A stretch of 64,000 nucleotides of DNA. Source: Eremomyces bilateralis CBS 781.70 (lineage: Eukaryota). This document shows, in pieces, positions 26,760 to 40,600 of the stretch (within the stretch, counting starts at the first letter, position 1; the number at the start of each line of letters is the position of its first letter). A model generated the notes under the pieces. That model ran no database searches, was not told the DNA's origin, and saw nothing but the letters and a program-made list of their open reading frames with translations. The position numbers and the translations under genes are program-made. Location: NCBI GenBank assembly GCA_010015585.1, contig ML975151.1; one strand, given 5' to 3'.

Positions 26760-29750
26760 ATGCCGACTTTTGTTTGCGCACTGTAAGCCTGTCCCCTCCC
26801 AACTTAATTCATTTCCTACGTCATGGTGCGCAATAGTGCGGCAATTGACACAGGACTCGACGGCCAAAAACTAATACATCTCGTTTAGGTTCCTCCCTAA
26901 CACGGTCGATTTTCACAACCTCCCTTCCAGCGACCCCAGTAGCCCAGTTACCCTTGGGACTCGCACGGGATCGGTTAGTGATGTCCCGCAGGTCAAAACT
27001 AGCCTCTTCCCAGAAGCCGACCCTCCCAAAACCCCGTCCTCAAACGATGTCGATTACTTCTTCTCAAAGCGTCAACCCAGCGCCAGGTCGTACTTTCCAA
27101 AATCCAACAACCCCGGCGGCCTAGTTCGCAGCGACTCCCATGTCCCGGAATGGGGATCGGCTCTGCCTTTCCGTCAACCAAAATCACGGGCTGCGGAACT
27201 ACCGCCCGATACCATTCTCCGGTACACTCAGCAGCAGCAGGCGATCGATCGGGCCAAGACTGCGAGGTCCCGGCGCGCCAGTCAAGCTCTAGTTCCATCG
27301 CGCTCCGGGAGCAGTGACCCAAATTGGGGTCAGGAGTGGACGGTGGCACCTGCTGTCCAGAACAATGGCGATCTAGCGAACGCAGTTCGAGCCACAATTG
27401 ATACCGGGGCCTTGGACAATGTTATATGGCTGGGTACTGTCGGTTTCCCCACAGACTCGCTCCGGCAACAGACCAAAGACGAGATCAATGAGCGCATGGA
27501 GTCGGAATTCGATTCACTTACCGTCTTTGTCAAGGACAGTGATATCGACGGACACTACAATCATTACTGCAAGACCATACTTTGGCCTGTGCTCCATTAC
27601 CAAATCCCCGACCATCCGAAGAGCAAGGCTTATGAGGACCATTCGTGGAAATATTACGTCAACATCAACCAAGCCTTTGCCGACAAGATCATCGCATGCT
27701 ATAAGCGAGGAGACACCATCTGGATCCACGACTACCACCTTCTCCTGGTTCCGGGCATGGTTCGAAACAAGATCCCTGACGCACAGATTGGATTCTTTCT
27801 GCACACCGCCTTCCCTTCATCGGAAGTCTTCCGGTGCCTGTCGGTTCGGAATCAGCTCCTCAATGGCATGCTCGGAGCCAATTTGATTTCGTTCCAGAGC
27901 TCAGAGTATGCGGACCACTTCCTGACCACCTGTAGCCGACTGCTCCTAGTTGAAGCAACCACTGAAGGTGTTCAACTGGAGCATCGATTTGTCAACGTGT
28001 CGTCGATTGCTATTGGTATTGACCCGAAGGGCATCGAACAGGAGCGTGTCCAAGAGGAGGTGGGGGATTGGATTAAGATGATGCAGGAGCGTTACAAAGA
28101 TAAACATCTCATCGTTGCTCGAGACAAGCTAGATAATGTCCGAGGCGTGAGGCAGAAATTGCTTGCTTATGAGCTGTTCTTGAACAAGTACCCTGAATGG
28201 CGCGAGAAGGCATGCTCATCTCTTCGGTTTTAAAACCCTCATTTTCTGACGATGTTCATAGGTTGTGCTCATCCAGGTCGCCGTTTCTGCTTCGGACAAC
28301 CCTGCATTCAATGCTACGGTATCCGACATTGTCACTCGCATTGAGTCCCAGCATGCGAATCTGGCCCGCCAACCACTCATTTTCCTCCGCCAGGATATCT
28401 CATACCCTCAATATCTTGGCCTTCTCTGCATCGCGGATGTTCTTATGATCACATCTCTTCGTGAGGGGATGAACTTGGCCGCACATGAGTTCATTTACTG
28501 TCAGGATGGTCGGGATGGGGGCAAGCAACACGGCCCGGTCATTCTGTCAGAATTCACTGGATGTCATTCACTCTTCGACGGAAGCGTGCTCTCTGTCAAC
28601 CCCTGGAATTATCGGCAGTGCGCTGATGCAATTAAGGAGGCTCTCGAGATGGACGCCGCCGAGAAGGAAAGGCGCTACACAAAGATGCGAGAAATTGTCC
28701 TCAAGTGCACAGGTAGCTCGTGGTGCACGGAACTAAGCACGCAGTTAAGCAAGTGCTACAATAACCAATACACTCAAGACGCCATGTCTATCCCTCGCCT
28801 TTCGGCAACTCAGCTTGGCGATAGGTACCGAAGGACGAAGCGCCGTTTGTTTATCCTCGATTATGAAGGCACTCTCGCCAACATTACCTCGATGAACAGC
28901 AACGTGCACTTGTCATCTCCTCAGCGGGTCATTGACACCTTGAACGACCTCCTACTTGACACCCGCAACATTGTCTACATCATGTCTGGCCAGCGGCCGG
29001 AGAATCTTGAGCGGCTCTTCTCTCGCGTCCCTGGTCTCGGAATCATCGCCGAGAATGGGTGCTTTTCCCGGGAAGCGGGGCAGGACGCTTGGACTCGATT
29101 CGCCGACTTTGAAAAGATGGAAGAATGGAAAGCCGAAGTCAAGAACGTGTTACAGTATTACCTGGATCGCATCCCTGGAGGCACCATTGAGGAGAATCAC
29201 TGTAGCCTGCGCCTCAAGTACGGTCGAGCGGAAGACATTCAAGCCGCAGCAGCATTCGCAGGAGACTGTGCCAACAATGTCAACGACGCATGCAGTGGGA
29301 TGCGGATTCGTGCAATCCACATCCATCAAGGGGTGCTGATTGAGCCGTATGATTGGAGCAAAGGCAGTGCAGCAACGCATATCTTCGACGAACTACGTGC
29401 TGGCAATGGGCCCCATTTCAACCCAGTCAGGGGCGAAGGGCCTGACGATACGGACGCGAACAATAATAAAGGCAAAGAGGCCCTGATGCCGGATTTCCTG
29501 ATGGTAGCAGGGAACGATCGTGAAGATGAGGGCATCTTCCGATGGGCGAACAACCTGCAGAAGGACGGTGTCGTGCCCTACGTGACGACCGTGAGTGTCG
29601 GGAAACGCAACACTGATGCGATGTCCACTTTGACGCAGGGAACGACTGGTGAGTTTCATCCTCGATTATAAATTTGAAACAGGAACTGACGCTAAGATCA
29701 CAGGTCTTCTCTCCGTTCTCACGAATCTGTCGAAGTTGAATGGGGCGTAA
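26760..29750 (+). CDS. TSL1: Trehalose-6-phosphate synthase/phosphatase complex regulatory subunit (TSL1/TPS3/TslA-like; GT20 plus degenerate HAD phosphatase); 4 exons (introns ~26783-26888, 28210-28261 GC-AG, ~29650-29703)
   Basis: N-terminus MPTFVCALFLPNTVDF. GT20 motifs HYCKTILWPVLHY, IWIHDYHLLLVPGM, GFFLHTAFPSSEVFRCL, SLREGMNL and ILSEFTG. HAD motif is DYEGTL rather than DYDGTL. Confidence 0.88.
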
Positions 29751-30416
29751 ATTGCACGCCATGCACTGTGTACAGCAACATAACGCGCTGGCAGCGCTGT
29801 CTATTTCTCGACTGGTTCACATCATGCAAGGCTCATTGCGGGATTCCCACCACGCAGAGCGTTGGTTTGGGCACATTCGGAGCAAGCCATGGTGGTTATA
29901 TATACCCATTTCCACGCACAAGCGGAGTCGATAGAAATACAATTCATTCCAAAGTTTATGGTCCAACATGGTGATCGTGAGTTCTGGTGATGTTGCAGTC
30001 CCGTAATACATGGCCGACGGTCCAGATTCTGGTATCTGTCCGGTTGCAAGCGGGTGGTTCCATATAGGTAGACGCAATGAAACCTCGACCATTCCTGGCC
30101 ACTGTCACTTCTGATCGTAATATAACTTCTTTTAGAATTGGCAGAGAGCTACCAAGTCTTCTATTGCTGACCCTCAGGCCGTGATATGTGACATGGATGC
30201 TTTTAATGGAAAACTTTGTCCTTGTCTCTCCTTAGCCTTCGGCTGCTCAGTTCGACCATGCGATTGCACCGTCCGCTACCCCATAGCGCTCACAAGACAA
30301 ACGCCATTATCATGTGTCAACCAGCTGTCAAGACAGTCATGCGCATAAACCTATGTCTATTCGTGCAGTCGTCACGGAGTCATCGTTCCTGCAGATGGAG
30401 ATGGCTTTGTTGATGT

Positions 30417-32001
30417 TCAGTTAGTTATCGGTTCGAGGGTTGAGCCCGCCACGATGTTCGCCCTGTGAATATGATTAGCATATTGAACTCTAGTAATTGA
30501 AGCGAAACAGTCCCGTTAGAACGTTCCGTAGAGCAACTCACCATCCGATCAACCGCCAATGCTTGTCGATCCGCCGACTCAACGCAATCTTCTCCCCAAT
30601 CTCCGTGCACGCAGGGCTCGTCAGCACCAACCGCGCCGCGTCCGCCTTGACGGCCTGCACCTTGGCCCCCGTGGCCGTGCTGCCGATGTTGACCATCAAC
30701 ACCTCGTTCTTGGTCAGCTTCGCGACCTTCTCCTGCTTGCCGTCGGCGGTGCGCACGCCCAGCAGCCGGCGCAGCAGGAAGAAATTGACCTCCAGCTCCG
30801 TGTAGATGGCGGGCAGATGGCCCTTGAGCCCCAGGACGAACCCGACGAGGCGATCCGCGCGGCAGAGGGTCGGGTCGACGCGTGTGCCGACGCCGATGAG
30901 GCCACCAGGCACGGCGAACTTGAGGTCGTTGTGCTCGGCGAACAGGGTGACGACGCGGCTGTAGATGGGCTTGCACTGGATGCGGCCCTGGTCGTCCTTG
31001 CTGACGATACCGGGGCGGATTTCGATTTCGTCGCCGAGCTTCAGCACGCCGGTGAGGATGGAGCCACCGGCGACGCCGCCCTTGAGGTCCTCGATCTCGG
31101 CGCCGGGCTTGTTGACGTCGAAGGATCGGATAATAATCATGTGCGGGGAGGCGGTGAAGTTGCGGGGGGGGATGGGAATCGTGTTGCAGAGGGCTTCGTT
31201 GACGGCGTCGATGTTGAACTTGAGCTGGGCGGAGATGGGGATGATGGGGGAGCCATCAGCGACGGTGCCGCGGATGAATTTGAGGATCGATTGGTAGTGC
31301 GTGAGCGCGTTCTCTTCTTTCATCAGATCGACCTTGTTTTGGAGGATGATGATATGGTTCAACTTCATGATTTCGATGGCCGCCAAATGCTCGGAGGTTT
31401 GCGGTTGGGGACAGGTTTCGTTCCCGGCAACCAGAAGGAGGGCGGCGTCCATGACGGCGGCGCCGGACAACATGGTGCTCATGAGAATGTCGTGACCGGG
31501 GCAATCGACGAAGGAGACATGTCTGTGAAGGCGATACGTGCCGGCACAACCTTCCCGCTCGCATGGCGGATCGACCTCTTTATCGGACTTGAACGACCTG
31601 TAGCAAGTCGGGCGAGGGCATGCTGGGTTATCGCATTTGTAGATCTTTGCGTTGGCATAACCCAGCTTGATCGTAATGTTCCGTACCAGCTCGTTCTTAA
31701 AGCGGACGGTCTGGACTCCTGATATGGCCTTCACCACGGTCGACTTCCCGTGAGCGACATGGCCGATGGTGCCGATATTGATGGTGGCCTGGTGGGAAAT
31801 GATCTCCGGGGACAGCGGGTGCAGCTGGCTGATATCGATGTCCTTGGCGTCCGGCTGCGGTTCTAGGAACGGCTTCGGTTCGGGGGCTATCTGCACTGCC
31901 TTTTTTGACTTCAAGGCGGATTTGAGAGGGGCCTTGTCTTCGACTTCGGAATCGGACGATGCTGCGTCCAGGTGCATCTCATTTTCTCCATCGGACTCCA
32001 T
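30417..32001 (-). CDS. GCD11: Translation initiation factor eIF2 gamma subunit; 2 exons (intron ~30463-30541)
   Basis: Motifs [47 protein letters not shown] and RSFDVNKPG. Last exon splices to give …[20 protein letters not shown]. Confidence 0.97.
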
Positions 32002-34005
32002 GTTTGCGAGAGGATCCGTGTGGTCGGGAGTCGCGCAGTATGGTATGGAGTGTTATATTCAATCGCGGTGGTCAAGGATGGATGGTGGGCAAATTGTGAT
32101 GGAATGATGAAATTGTCAAGGTTGCTTGTGGATTTTCAGATTGGAGGTTGTGAGTCAAGCCACGTCCCTGAGTCCCCCACCTTCGCCACAGTCGAGCATG
32201 ATCATCCAACATGCCAATATCACCAGCGATTGACGAGTTCGAGGCGTGCACAGAGACAGTGCAAAAGTGCGGTACGATGAATTATGGTGTATATTTCTTC
32301 TTTATTATGCTTTGCTAAGGTCACCAATTTATAGTGCTGTTTGCCGCTCTTCGCTTCTTCCAGGGCCAAGAGACTAAGTGAGTCGGCTCGCCTAGCAAAT
32401 GAACACACATCAACATCGGTTCTTCCAGCTCTAAATCATGCTGGACTCAAAGTAAAGGACAGTATGTCCGTCGTAAAATAGTCCTGTCATTCCAAAAGAG
32501 TACAATGACAGGGTGGAGTAGACGCAGGCCTGCTAAAACCCTATTTCCATCTCCCACAGTTGGAAGTTCGCTATTTCGCCATTGAGTAGACGAGGAGCAG
32601 GCAAGTAGTGGGGTGACATGTTGTTTTGTCGTAGAAGGCAGGTATCCTGTTCTTCTCTACAGTGACACTTTTCACGAACGGTGGATGTGACATTGTTCGA
32701 GATTCGAAGCCTTGAGATCAATCAAGCCAGAGACGCAAGTTTCAGATCAAGGCTTGCATCCAGAATCAGACCATGGATCCAGAGAGTGCTGTGGATTGTC
32801 TGAAGCTGGATGGGCTCATGTTGAACCCACCTCCCTCGAATTGTGTGTTGCAGTTGTGATGAAGTGAAGACTCAAAATCTGAAATTTCAAATTGAAAGAG
32901 GGTTTTGTTGTTGATCACACGTGATGACCTGGTTGGTGGATTGTCATCACGTGCTGGGGGGCTGGGATCACGTGTTTGTGGCTTTCGATAAAGCGAAGAA
33001 TTCACTGCCAACATCCTCTTCGAACTTCAACACTTTCGAACGCAATAATCAACCGTCAATCTCCCTCTCAGAGCTTCTTGAGGTCGATCGGTCAATTGAC
33101 GTTCTAGACTAAGCATCCTAAGGCACTTTTAGGCTTATTCTGTCTGCTTTGTTGCGACCGATGACGTTTGGAGCCACCTGCGTGCCGCACATATTGAATT
33201 GTAAACGCTTTTTTGGTTCTTCATCACCAACTCTGGAGGATGGTGACGTAGGTGTAAACAGCAATTACGTCTCCAGGAACTATCAGTGGTACCGATAGAT
33301 AAGTCCACGAAGGTCCGACAGGAAGTTAAATTGTCGAAAAGGGGCTCCTCATAGAATTTCTGAAGCGACACTTGCAACTTCCAAGCCCTGGAAGATTTGG
33401 TAATTGGAAGCTATCGTGGTGGCTTTTGGACTAGGCAAAGCCGAGTCAATTGCCCGTTATCTGTATTGAGCCGCTGTACTATCCCACTGCATTGTGTAAA
33501 CGAGGAAAACATGGAATAATTTAGCCATGCGATCTGGTCTGGACGGGTAGTAAACATCTGATTCCAAAAGATATGGATATGAACACATAATATCATTCTC
33601 TGCTCCAAACCTATCTCGTATTACGGATTAGTATCCCACCCATATTACCCATTCCGTACCGATATTGGATAATCCGTACTTCCGCAGCCGGAGGGATCCA
33701 TGTCTTTGGGGCCGGATGCCACCTTGTAGTGAACTGCGGAGATCGGTGTTTGTAGCGCAGGTATCGAGCTTCCAACTTGCACTTCGCAGTCTCACACCTT
33801 AACTTAATTCCCATTATCACCCAACTTTTCATTTTGTTTTTCCCCATCTCACTTGCGAATCCTTCGCATCCCCTCTCACCTAAACTATTCATCCACGATG
33901 AGTCGATCCGCCCAGTGATTTTCATTGTTGCGAACCACCACACGCCCGCTGTCCTTCCCTGCTCATCTCTTCCTCCGTGTGGGGTGTCGGACTACCGTCG
34001 CAAAC

Positions 34006-36263
34006 ATGGCTTTGCCTCTTACGAAACGGCAGGCGGCTCGCAATGAGAAAGCTCTGCAGGAATTGATCAAGTCCGTTCCTGGGAACGATCGATGCGCGGA
34101 CTGCGGCGCGAAGAATCCAGGTGAGAACCCCCTATCAACGTGCCCACATCAGAACTAACATAACCCAGGATGGGCAAGTTGGAGTGTAAGTCTCCTTTAT
34201 TTACAGGATTTCCGAAACGATTCTTTCCAGCCGATTGGCGTCCGCATACACTGTGAGCTTACAATTGGTGGTAGTTGGGCATATTCTTATGTATGCGCTG
34301 CGCGGCTCTACATCGCAAGCTAGGAACGCACATTTCCAAGGTCAAATCCTTGAGTATGGACAGTTGGAGTAACGAGCAAGTGGATGTAAGTCACGCATAG
34401 TTGTTTTCGTTGGCGTTGCTAACAATGATCAAGAGCATGAAGCGCAGTGGAAACGTCGCGTCGAACAATCGATTCAACCCCAAGGGCGCTCGGCCCGCGA
34501 TACCCCTCGATATTGATGAAGTTGACGGTGTCATGGAGCGATACATCCGACAGAAGTACGAACAAAAATCTCTGTCCAACGAAGCCAAGACGGCACCCAA
34601 GACGGCACCCGCACCCGCACCGCGTCACAACACGGGAAGCACAAACTCGGATGAGAACCCTCCTCCGCTCCCCCCCAAACCTTCCAAACGGTTTCACTTC
34701 AGCTTACGATCGGCATCTTCGACATTTCCACTGTCACGCGGCGAAAAGAAGCACAATGCGCGACAGGCAGAGCGTGATCGGGAGCCGTCTCCACCTCCGA
34801 TCAACAAAGCATCAAAAGTGTTCGGTCTGAATGTTGCGAGTGGCGGCAGTTATGATTCCAAACTCCAGGCGCTCCGGGATATGGGTTTTGCCGACGAGGT
34901 TAGGAACTCGGCCATGTTGAAGACGAAAAATGGCAATCTCGAGAAAACGGTGGATGCTCTAATAAAGATGGGCGACCTTGGCTCTCCGTCCGAACCTCAA
35001 GCACCAGCGCCCCCTCCGAAGGAAGCCAAGAATGGGATCACCATCGACCGACAAAAGCCACTTGAGACGGCCTCGAATAACCCATTCGACATGCCGAACG
35101 GAGCACCGGTTCAGCCGTCTGCTGCTCCCTATCAACAATATGCGCAGCAGCCAGCTCCGCAGCAATATCCTCTGCAAACCGGATCGAGTGTCGGCCACCA
35201 GCCGCTATCCAGCACGAATCCTTTCTTACAACAGGCTCAGCCGGCGCAACCTCAGCAACCGGCTCTCGAGTCCGCGTTCGACAAATTGAACATCGCTGCC
35301 CAATCACAACAGCAAGTTCTCTTTCCACACCATACCGGCGGTTATTCCCAACCTCCGCCTCAGACCAACCCCTACTTGCAAACATACACCCCTCCACCGG
35401 TCCCTCAGATCCCTCCTCAATACAGCACGTTCACTCAACCGACCCCGTTCTCATCCCATCCCTACCAAAACCAGTCGCCGACATATGACGCCAACCCTTT
35501 CCTACGGTCTGGTTCAGCTCAAGCAGGCGCCAACATGAATCCGTTCGGCCAACCTACCTACGGCCCACCGACAACCCAACCTGTCCAACAACAGTCGACG
35601 TTCCAACCTCAGCAGGCCACCCAAGGCTTCCCTCCTTACTCACAACCCCAAGGCCCCCCTCAATTTCCATCCTTCACCCAGACTCCAGTACCCGTCTCGC
35701 TATCCGACTATATGCAAGCAATTCCCGCGTCCTACCAACAGCAACAATATCAGTCGCAACAGCAGCCGCAACAACCGCCGCCATCAGAGAATCTGTTCCT
35801 GCAACATACTCAATCCTTCCCTCCAGTCCGACGCGACAAATCCTCCATCCTTGCTCTCTACGACCACCCTCAGCTCGCCCCCGCACGACCCGACCAGCAG
35901 CTCCAACCCGATCAAACCCCGCCCGCCACCCAACCCCACACTGCCCCCGCGCTAGCTGGTCCAAAGCGAAGCGCCACAATGCCGGTCCAAAGCAGCGCCA
36001 CTGCGTCGAAAAACCCATTTGCCAGTAGCACCGCGCCGTACGCTGGTGCCGGCGGCACTCCATCGATGATTTCCTCACCCGCCATGGCGGGCAATGGCGC
36101 TGCCCCGCAAACGCAGGCGGGAGCTAGCGCGGGAATCCGTTCCGCGGGGGGATACCGACACATGAGCAACGAGAGCGTCGATTTCGCTGGGGCGTGGGGC
36201 GTGGGCGGCGACGGACGAAGTAGCCCCGATGCATTCGCGGGGTTGAGTGCGCGATTGCGATAA
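34006..36263 (+). CDS. GTS1: ArfGAP + UBA + NPF-repeat endocytic protein (Gts1/Ucp3-like); 4 exons including a ~17-nt micro-exon (~34169-34185)
   Basis: ArfGAP zinc finger [44 protein letters not shown] assembled across three introns. UBA-like LQALRDMGF. Five NPF motifs and a Q/P-rich tail. Confidence 0.88.
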
Positions 36264-37600
36264 GCATCATTGCGGAGGACGGGATCGAGGATAGTTCTTG
36301 ATGCATGTTTGGGGACGTTTGAGGGCCATGGATGTATGATTATGGAGGGGCCTTGGGCGAGAAGGGTGGGTCATTGAGACATTAGCGAGGTTTCCTCCAG
36401 CTGAGAAGTGGGGTGATTGTATAGCAATCGTTGCGAAGCCGTAATTAGTTCATACACTATAATACCAACTGCTGATTCCGTGTGGAGTCGGATACCTAGT
36501 TTGGAGCCCGCGGCCCTTTTGGGGGTTTGTCGACCCCAGTCTGGGCGGTATCATACTCGTGCTTGGCAGATGCTGTTCTCTGACTGATTAACATGCGGTC
36601 TTTTCTTCCAGCATATTCTTTAACTAGAGCGCTTGTCACCCAAGTCATACCTCCAAATCCTGCTTCCCTCGACGATAGGAGGATTTGCAGTTAGAAATTG
36701 GTGCATTCGTAAACTTTTCCCATGCTTAAGACGCGGCCCAACGTTGAGAGTTCACACCGCACAGAAACTTCGACGAACAGCCACTGCGTAAACCGGTGCC
36801 CAAACAGGGAAATTGTGCAGTTACGAAGCCACAGGTCCATTCGGAGACGGCTAACGTCAGCCACCATCTCCAAGAATTGCGAAACCCTCTAGTGAGTGGT
36901 GACGAATGTGTTGGGAGGCCCCTGATGCGGAATCAGTGCAATTAGTACTCGGTCCACAAATGAGCACTGGCTTAGCCTAAACAGCGTGAGGTTTGTCAAG
37001 CTGAAATTTAGTCATTATTACCAGAATGGCTCTTTCCAGTCTGTGACTTGAATGAGTCTTAATACAGCCGCTCTAGTTATATAAACAGTGGCTCTGATAC
37101 TCATACATTTCGGACGCTTAATATACGATTTACATAGCATGTCTTCCTAGGCTGGTAATCAACTGCTCCTCAGAGTCATTGCTTCTCGGAACCCTGACAT
37201 CTCCTGGAACAAAAAATTGCTGGATCATGATGAACCACCTGGTGAGAATATAAACCCTCCAGTTCTGAATCGGACCCTATCCCCATGCCATAAACAGGTT
37301 GCTTCTAGTTGGCGAAACGCGAAAAATCGATGGGCACAGAAGCGGTGCAAATGGTCATCAAATATAATTAGGGCCTGATCAAAGACTGTAGCCTCTCCCG
37401 GAACTACCAAGTTGGTTCTTTAGATCGCCTGTAATGATAGCTGATTCCTATGATTTATGGGCCGAAGAAGTAGAGCAAGAACCCGTCGTCTACAGAGGAG
37501 GTATATCGACATCCAGAATCCCAATTCTCTAAGACAACTCTAGACCGAGATAGAACTGCGCTCATACCAACTATGCCCGAATGGCTTCCATCATTATCCG

Positions 37601-40600
37601 TTAACGAGAAAGGTAGACCGGAATTCCGTACACAACCATCGCCGCTCCATTCAGATATTTCAAATAACAAGCTTCCCTCCCTTTAGCAACCGCCTCGACC
37701 AGGCTTCTTGGTTGGTCTTTAGCGTCGCCTGCGTTGCCTCCGGAGACCGTATCCTCGCTTCCTTGGATTTCGTTGACCCTCTTCTTGACAGTGCCAACAG
37801 TACGCATGGCCTTCTCCAGTCTTTCCTTTCCGCCCCTCTTCCCTCGTCTTCCTCTTTCCCCTTCCCAATCCTCTGGTTCTTCCCATAGTCCCCACTCACT
37901 GCCCATCCGAACACTGAAACGATCCGTGTCGCGATCTGTGACGTCCCACAGAGCACCGACGATAGCTGGGGCACCTGCGCCAAGATAACTCAAAATCATT
38001 CCATGAGGCTCGAGTTGTCCGTTGTCGGTCACTCCACCACTGCTACAACCCATCAGCCAAGTAGTTGGGCAGGATGGAAGCGAACGGACGGCGCGGCCTC
38101 GAGCGTATTGGGAGGTGGATCCGTGCCCGAAATAAAGCAAAAGAGAGGTGTCCTGGAGGATGCGGGTCAACGCCGTATCGGAAGATGTATGCGAAGGGCT
38201 TGGCTCGGGGAGCGTCGCATGATGTGTCCAGCCTAAAGGAAGCGTCGAAAGGAAAGGCTTCAAAGAGGCCTCGGTGCCGCGAAGATCCCCAGATGGATTG
38301 AGAATGCTTGTGCCGGTGCTGAGGGACACGTGGTGCCCAGGATAGCTGTCAATGTCGTGCTCTGAATCGCGCGGGTCGGTCATCGACAGGATTCGAGAGC
38401 GGAGGGCGTCGAGACTAGTCAGGCGGGAAACTGGTCTACCAACCAAGCATGGGAGGCATTCCCATGGGAAAGGTAGTAACTTCTTATCCAAAATTAGAAT
38501 CGTATGCGTTTGATCCCAGCTCTGGTTCTCCAGTCCGGCGTGATAAGCCTGCAGAGCTTCAATGGTTTCGACGCAAATGGAGTCAAAGTCGACTTCGTCA
38601 TAGGCATTGGTCTCTCCATTGAATTGCAGAATATCCACAACGAAGTAGAGAAGGTCAAGTAGATGCTCATCCAGATCAACGCCAGGGCCGTCCGGATTGC
38701 CCAAACCCGCAAAAAGGTCCAGCACTCGAGCGTCGAAATTGAACTTCTTTGGCGCGCCACGTCCCTTGCGAGAAGGCAGGTGTCGGTTCAGTATTTTCTC
38801 AAAGTTCCTTTGAAACAGAGCCATTTGCCGCCCGTCTCGGGAATGCTGTGATAGAATACCTTTAAAGCCGCCTAACCATATGTTTTCAATGTTAAGCAGA
38901 AGGTCGCGCAGGCGGGCATCAAGTGACTCCCGCTCGGCCCACCATTCCTTCTTCTCGGCTTTGCTGCCGTTCTCTGGGACGTTATGGGCACTCCAGTTCG
39001 ACTGCTCGATGATCTCTTCTAGCTCTGCCTTCCCTGACTCGAACGAAAACACGTCCTCGTCTTGGTCTCGAGAGTTATGACGAACCATTGGCAAACGAAC
39101 GGTGAATGGACTCCTGCCAGCCTCGTACTTGACAACATAGAGCTCATCTTGTGCATCGTTCAGATTGAGTGAAATGACGGACCACTGGGAGGGAATGATG
39201 TCAACATAATCGTTCTGAAAGCTAGCAATGCTAAGCCAGGAATGAGGGTCGGATAGCGTCGTTTCTTGTGGCCATGTCAAAAGAGCTGTGCGGTGAGAAT
39301 CTCTTGCCTCCGCTCGGACATAGCTTTGTTCTCTTTTAGCCGCATTGATCCGTGGTATATCAAGGCTAAAGGCAGCTAAAAGAGGGTGCATTGCATCCAT
39401 ATCCGAACATGCAGAGACAGATAGAAGCATTGTGAGGTGTGCCACCGTGTTGCAAACTTGGAAGCCGTTGTGCAGAGAAGACGTTTTAAGTCCCCTTCGC
39501 ATGATGTCCATAGCCACGCTACGAACAGACTTTAGTGACATCAGCAAGCCCTTTGCTGGGCTGGATTTAGCTGCTGGTCGGCCTGGCTGTCGCTTCCTTG
39601 GTGAGCTCCTTGTCTGCCTCGGCTCAGGGGAGATATGCAAATCAGCGAGGTCAGCCACTGAGGATTCGAGTTGAGTCCATGAAGGATACGAAATACTCGA
39701 TTCCGGTAACACACTGAGACTGACGTCCCGAGAAAGCTCATCAATAGCCTGAGATTCCAATATATGGATTCGAGCCATCTGGTACTCAATTCGACTGGCG
39801 ATGGCGGGAAAGGTTGTTTCAAGGGAATCAAGTTCTCGCAACGCCTGGTCAATGTCTCCGACTTTCACATTGCAATAGGCTTTGAATATTGCAACCTGTT
39901 CATTTGCGATCAGTAGATTGGCATCGTCATAAGCATCTTTCGGCGTCGGCTGGACGGATCGAGTGCCTCTTTTCACTGCCGATTTCTTGGACGGAGGGGC
40001 TTTCGTTTGAGCCTTCTTGATCCCAGGCTTGATCCCTTTCCTCTTGGAGGTGGAGGAATTGTTAAGTGTGAGCTGTTCCATTTCGGACACCAAATCGCTG
40101 CCTGGGCTGAGGTGTTGTTGCTTCGTAATCCATGCGAGGGATTTCTCAGCATAGTTATTGAGCATATCGGAAGCTTTGTCTACGCTTTCAGTTGCGCGTT
40201 CTATATCAGCCAGAGCCAGCGCCAACCCAGCACCTGTGAGGTGGACTTGGACTGAATGGACACTATCTGGCATATTCGGATGGAGCCCTTTCATCTCATT
40301 GATGCACTCGGCGGCTTCTTCCAGCCTTGTGGAGTCAAGGAGCAATCGTGCCTTTTGAGCCAGTATGTTGTGTTTCAGATAGGCCGACGAAATCGCAGCA
40401 GCCACCTTGTAGGCTTGGTCAGTCCAGTACAAGGCATCCTGATAGATGCCTTGTGTAGCTAGCAGTTGTGAATACTGGCATATTGACCGGATCATGGGTG
40501 GTATGAGTCTCCAGAAAGCTGGGCCTTTCAAACGATTGTGGGTCATGGACATGATCAAGGGGGATTTCGGGTGCCGTGATGCTGCGTCACTGTCCGAATC

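Noticed and set aside
30559..31722. 387-aa + strand ORF antisense to eIF2-gamma
   Set aside because: Shadow ORF caused by the high GC3 codon bias of the real gene. It has no ATG start and no recognisable motifs.
36300..37600. 1.3-kb gap between GTS1 and separase with a hairpin (CAAATCCT…AGGATTTG, ~36654-36687)
   Set aside because: I recognised no snRNA, RNase P/MRP or SRP signature and no convincing ORF. An 8-bp stem alone is not significant.
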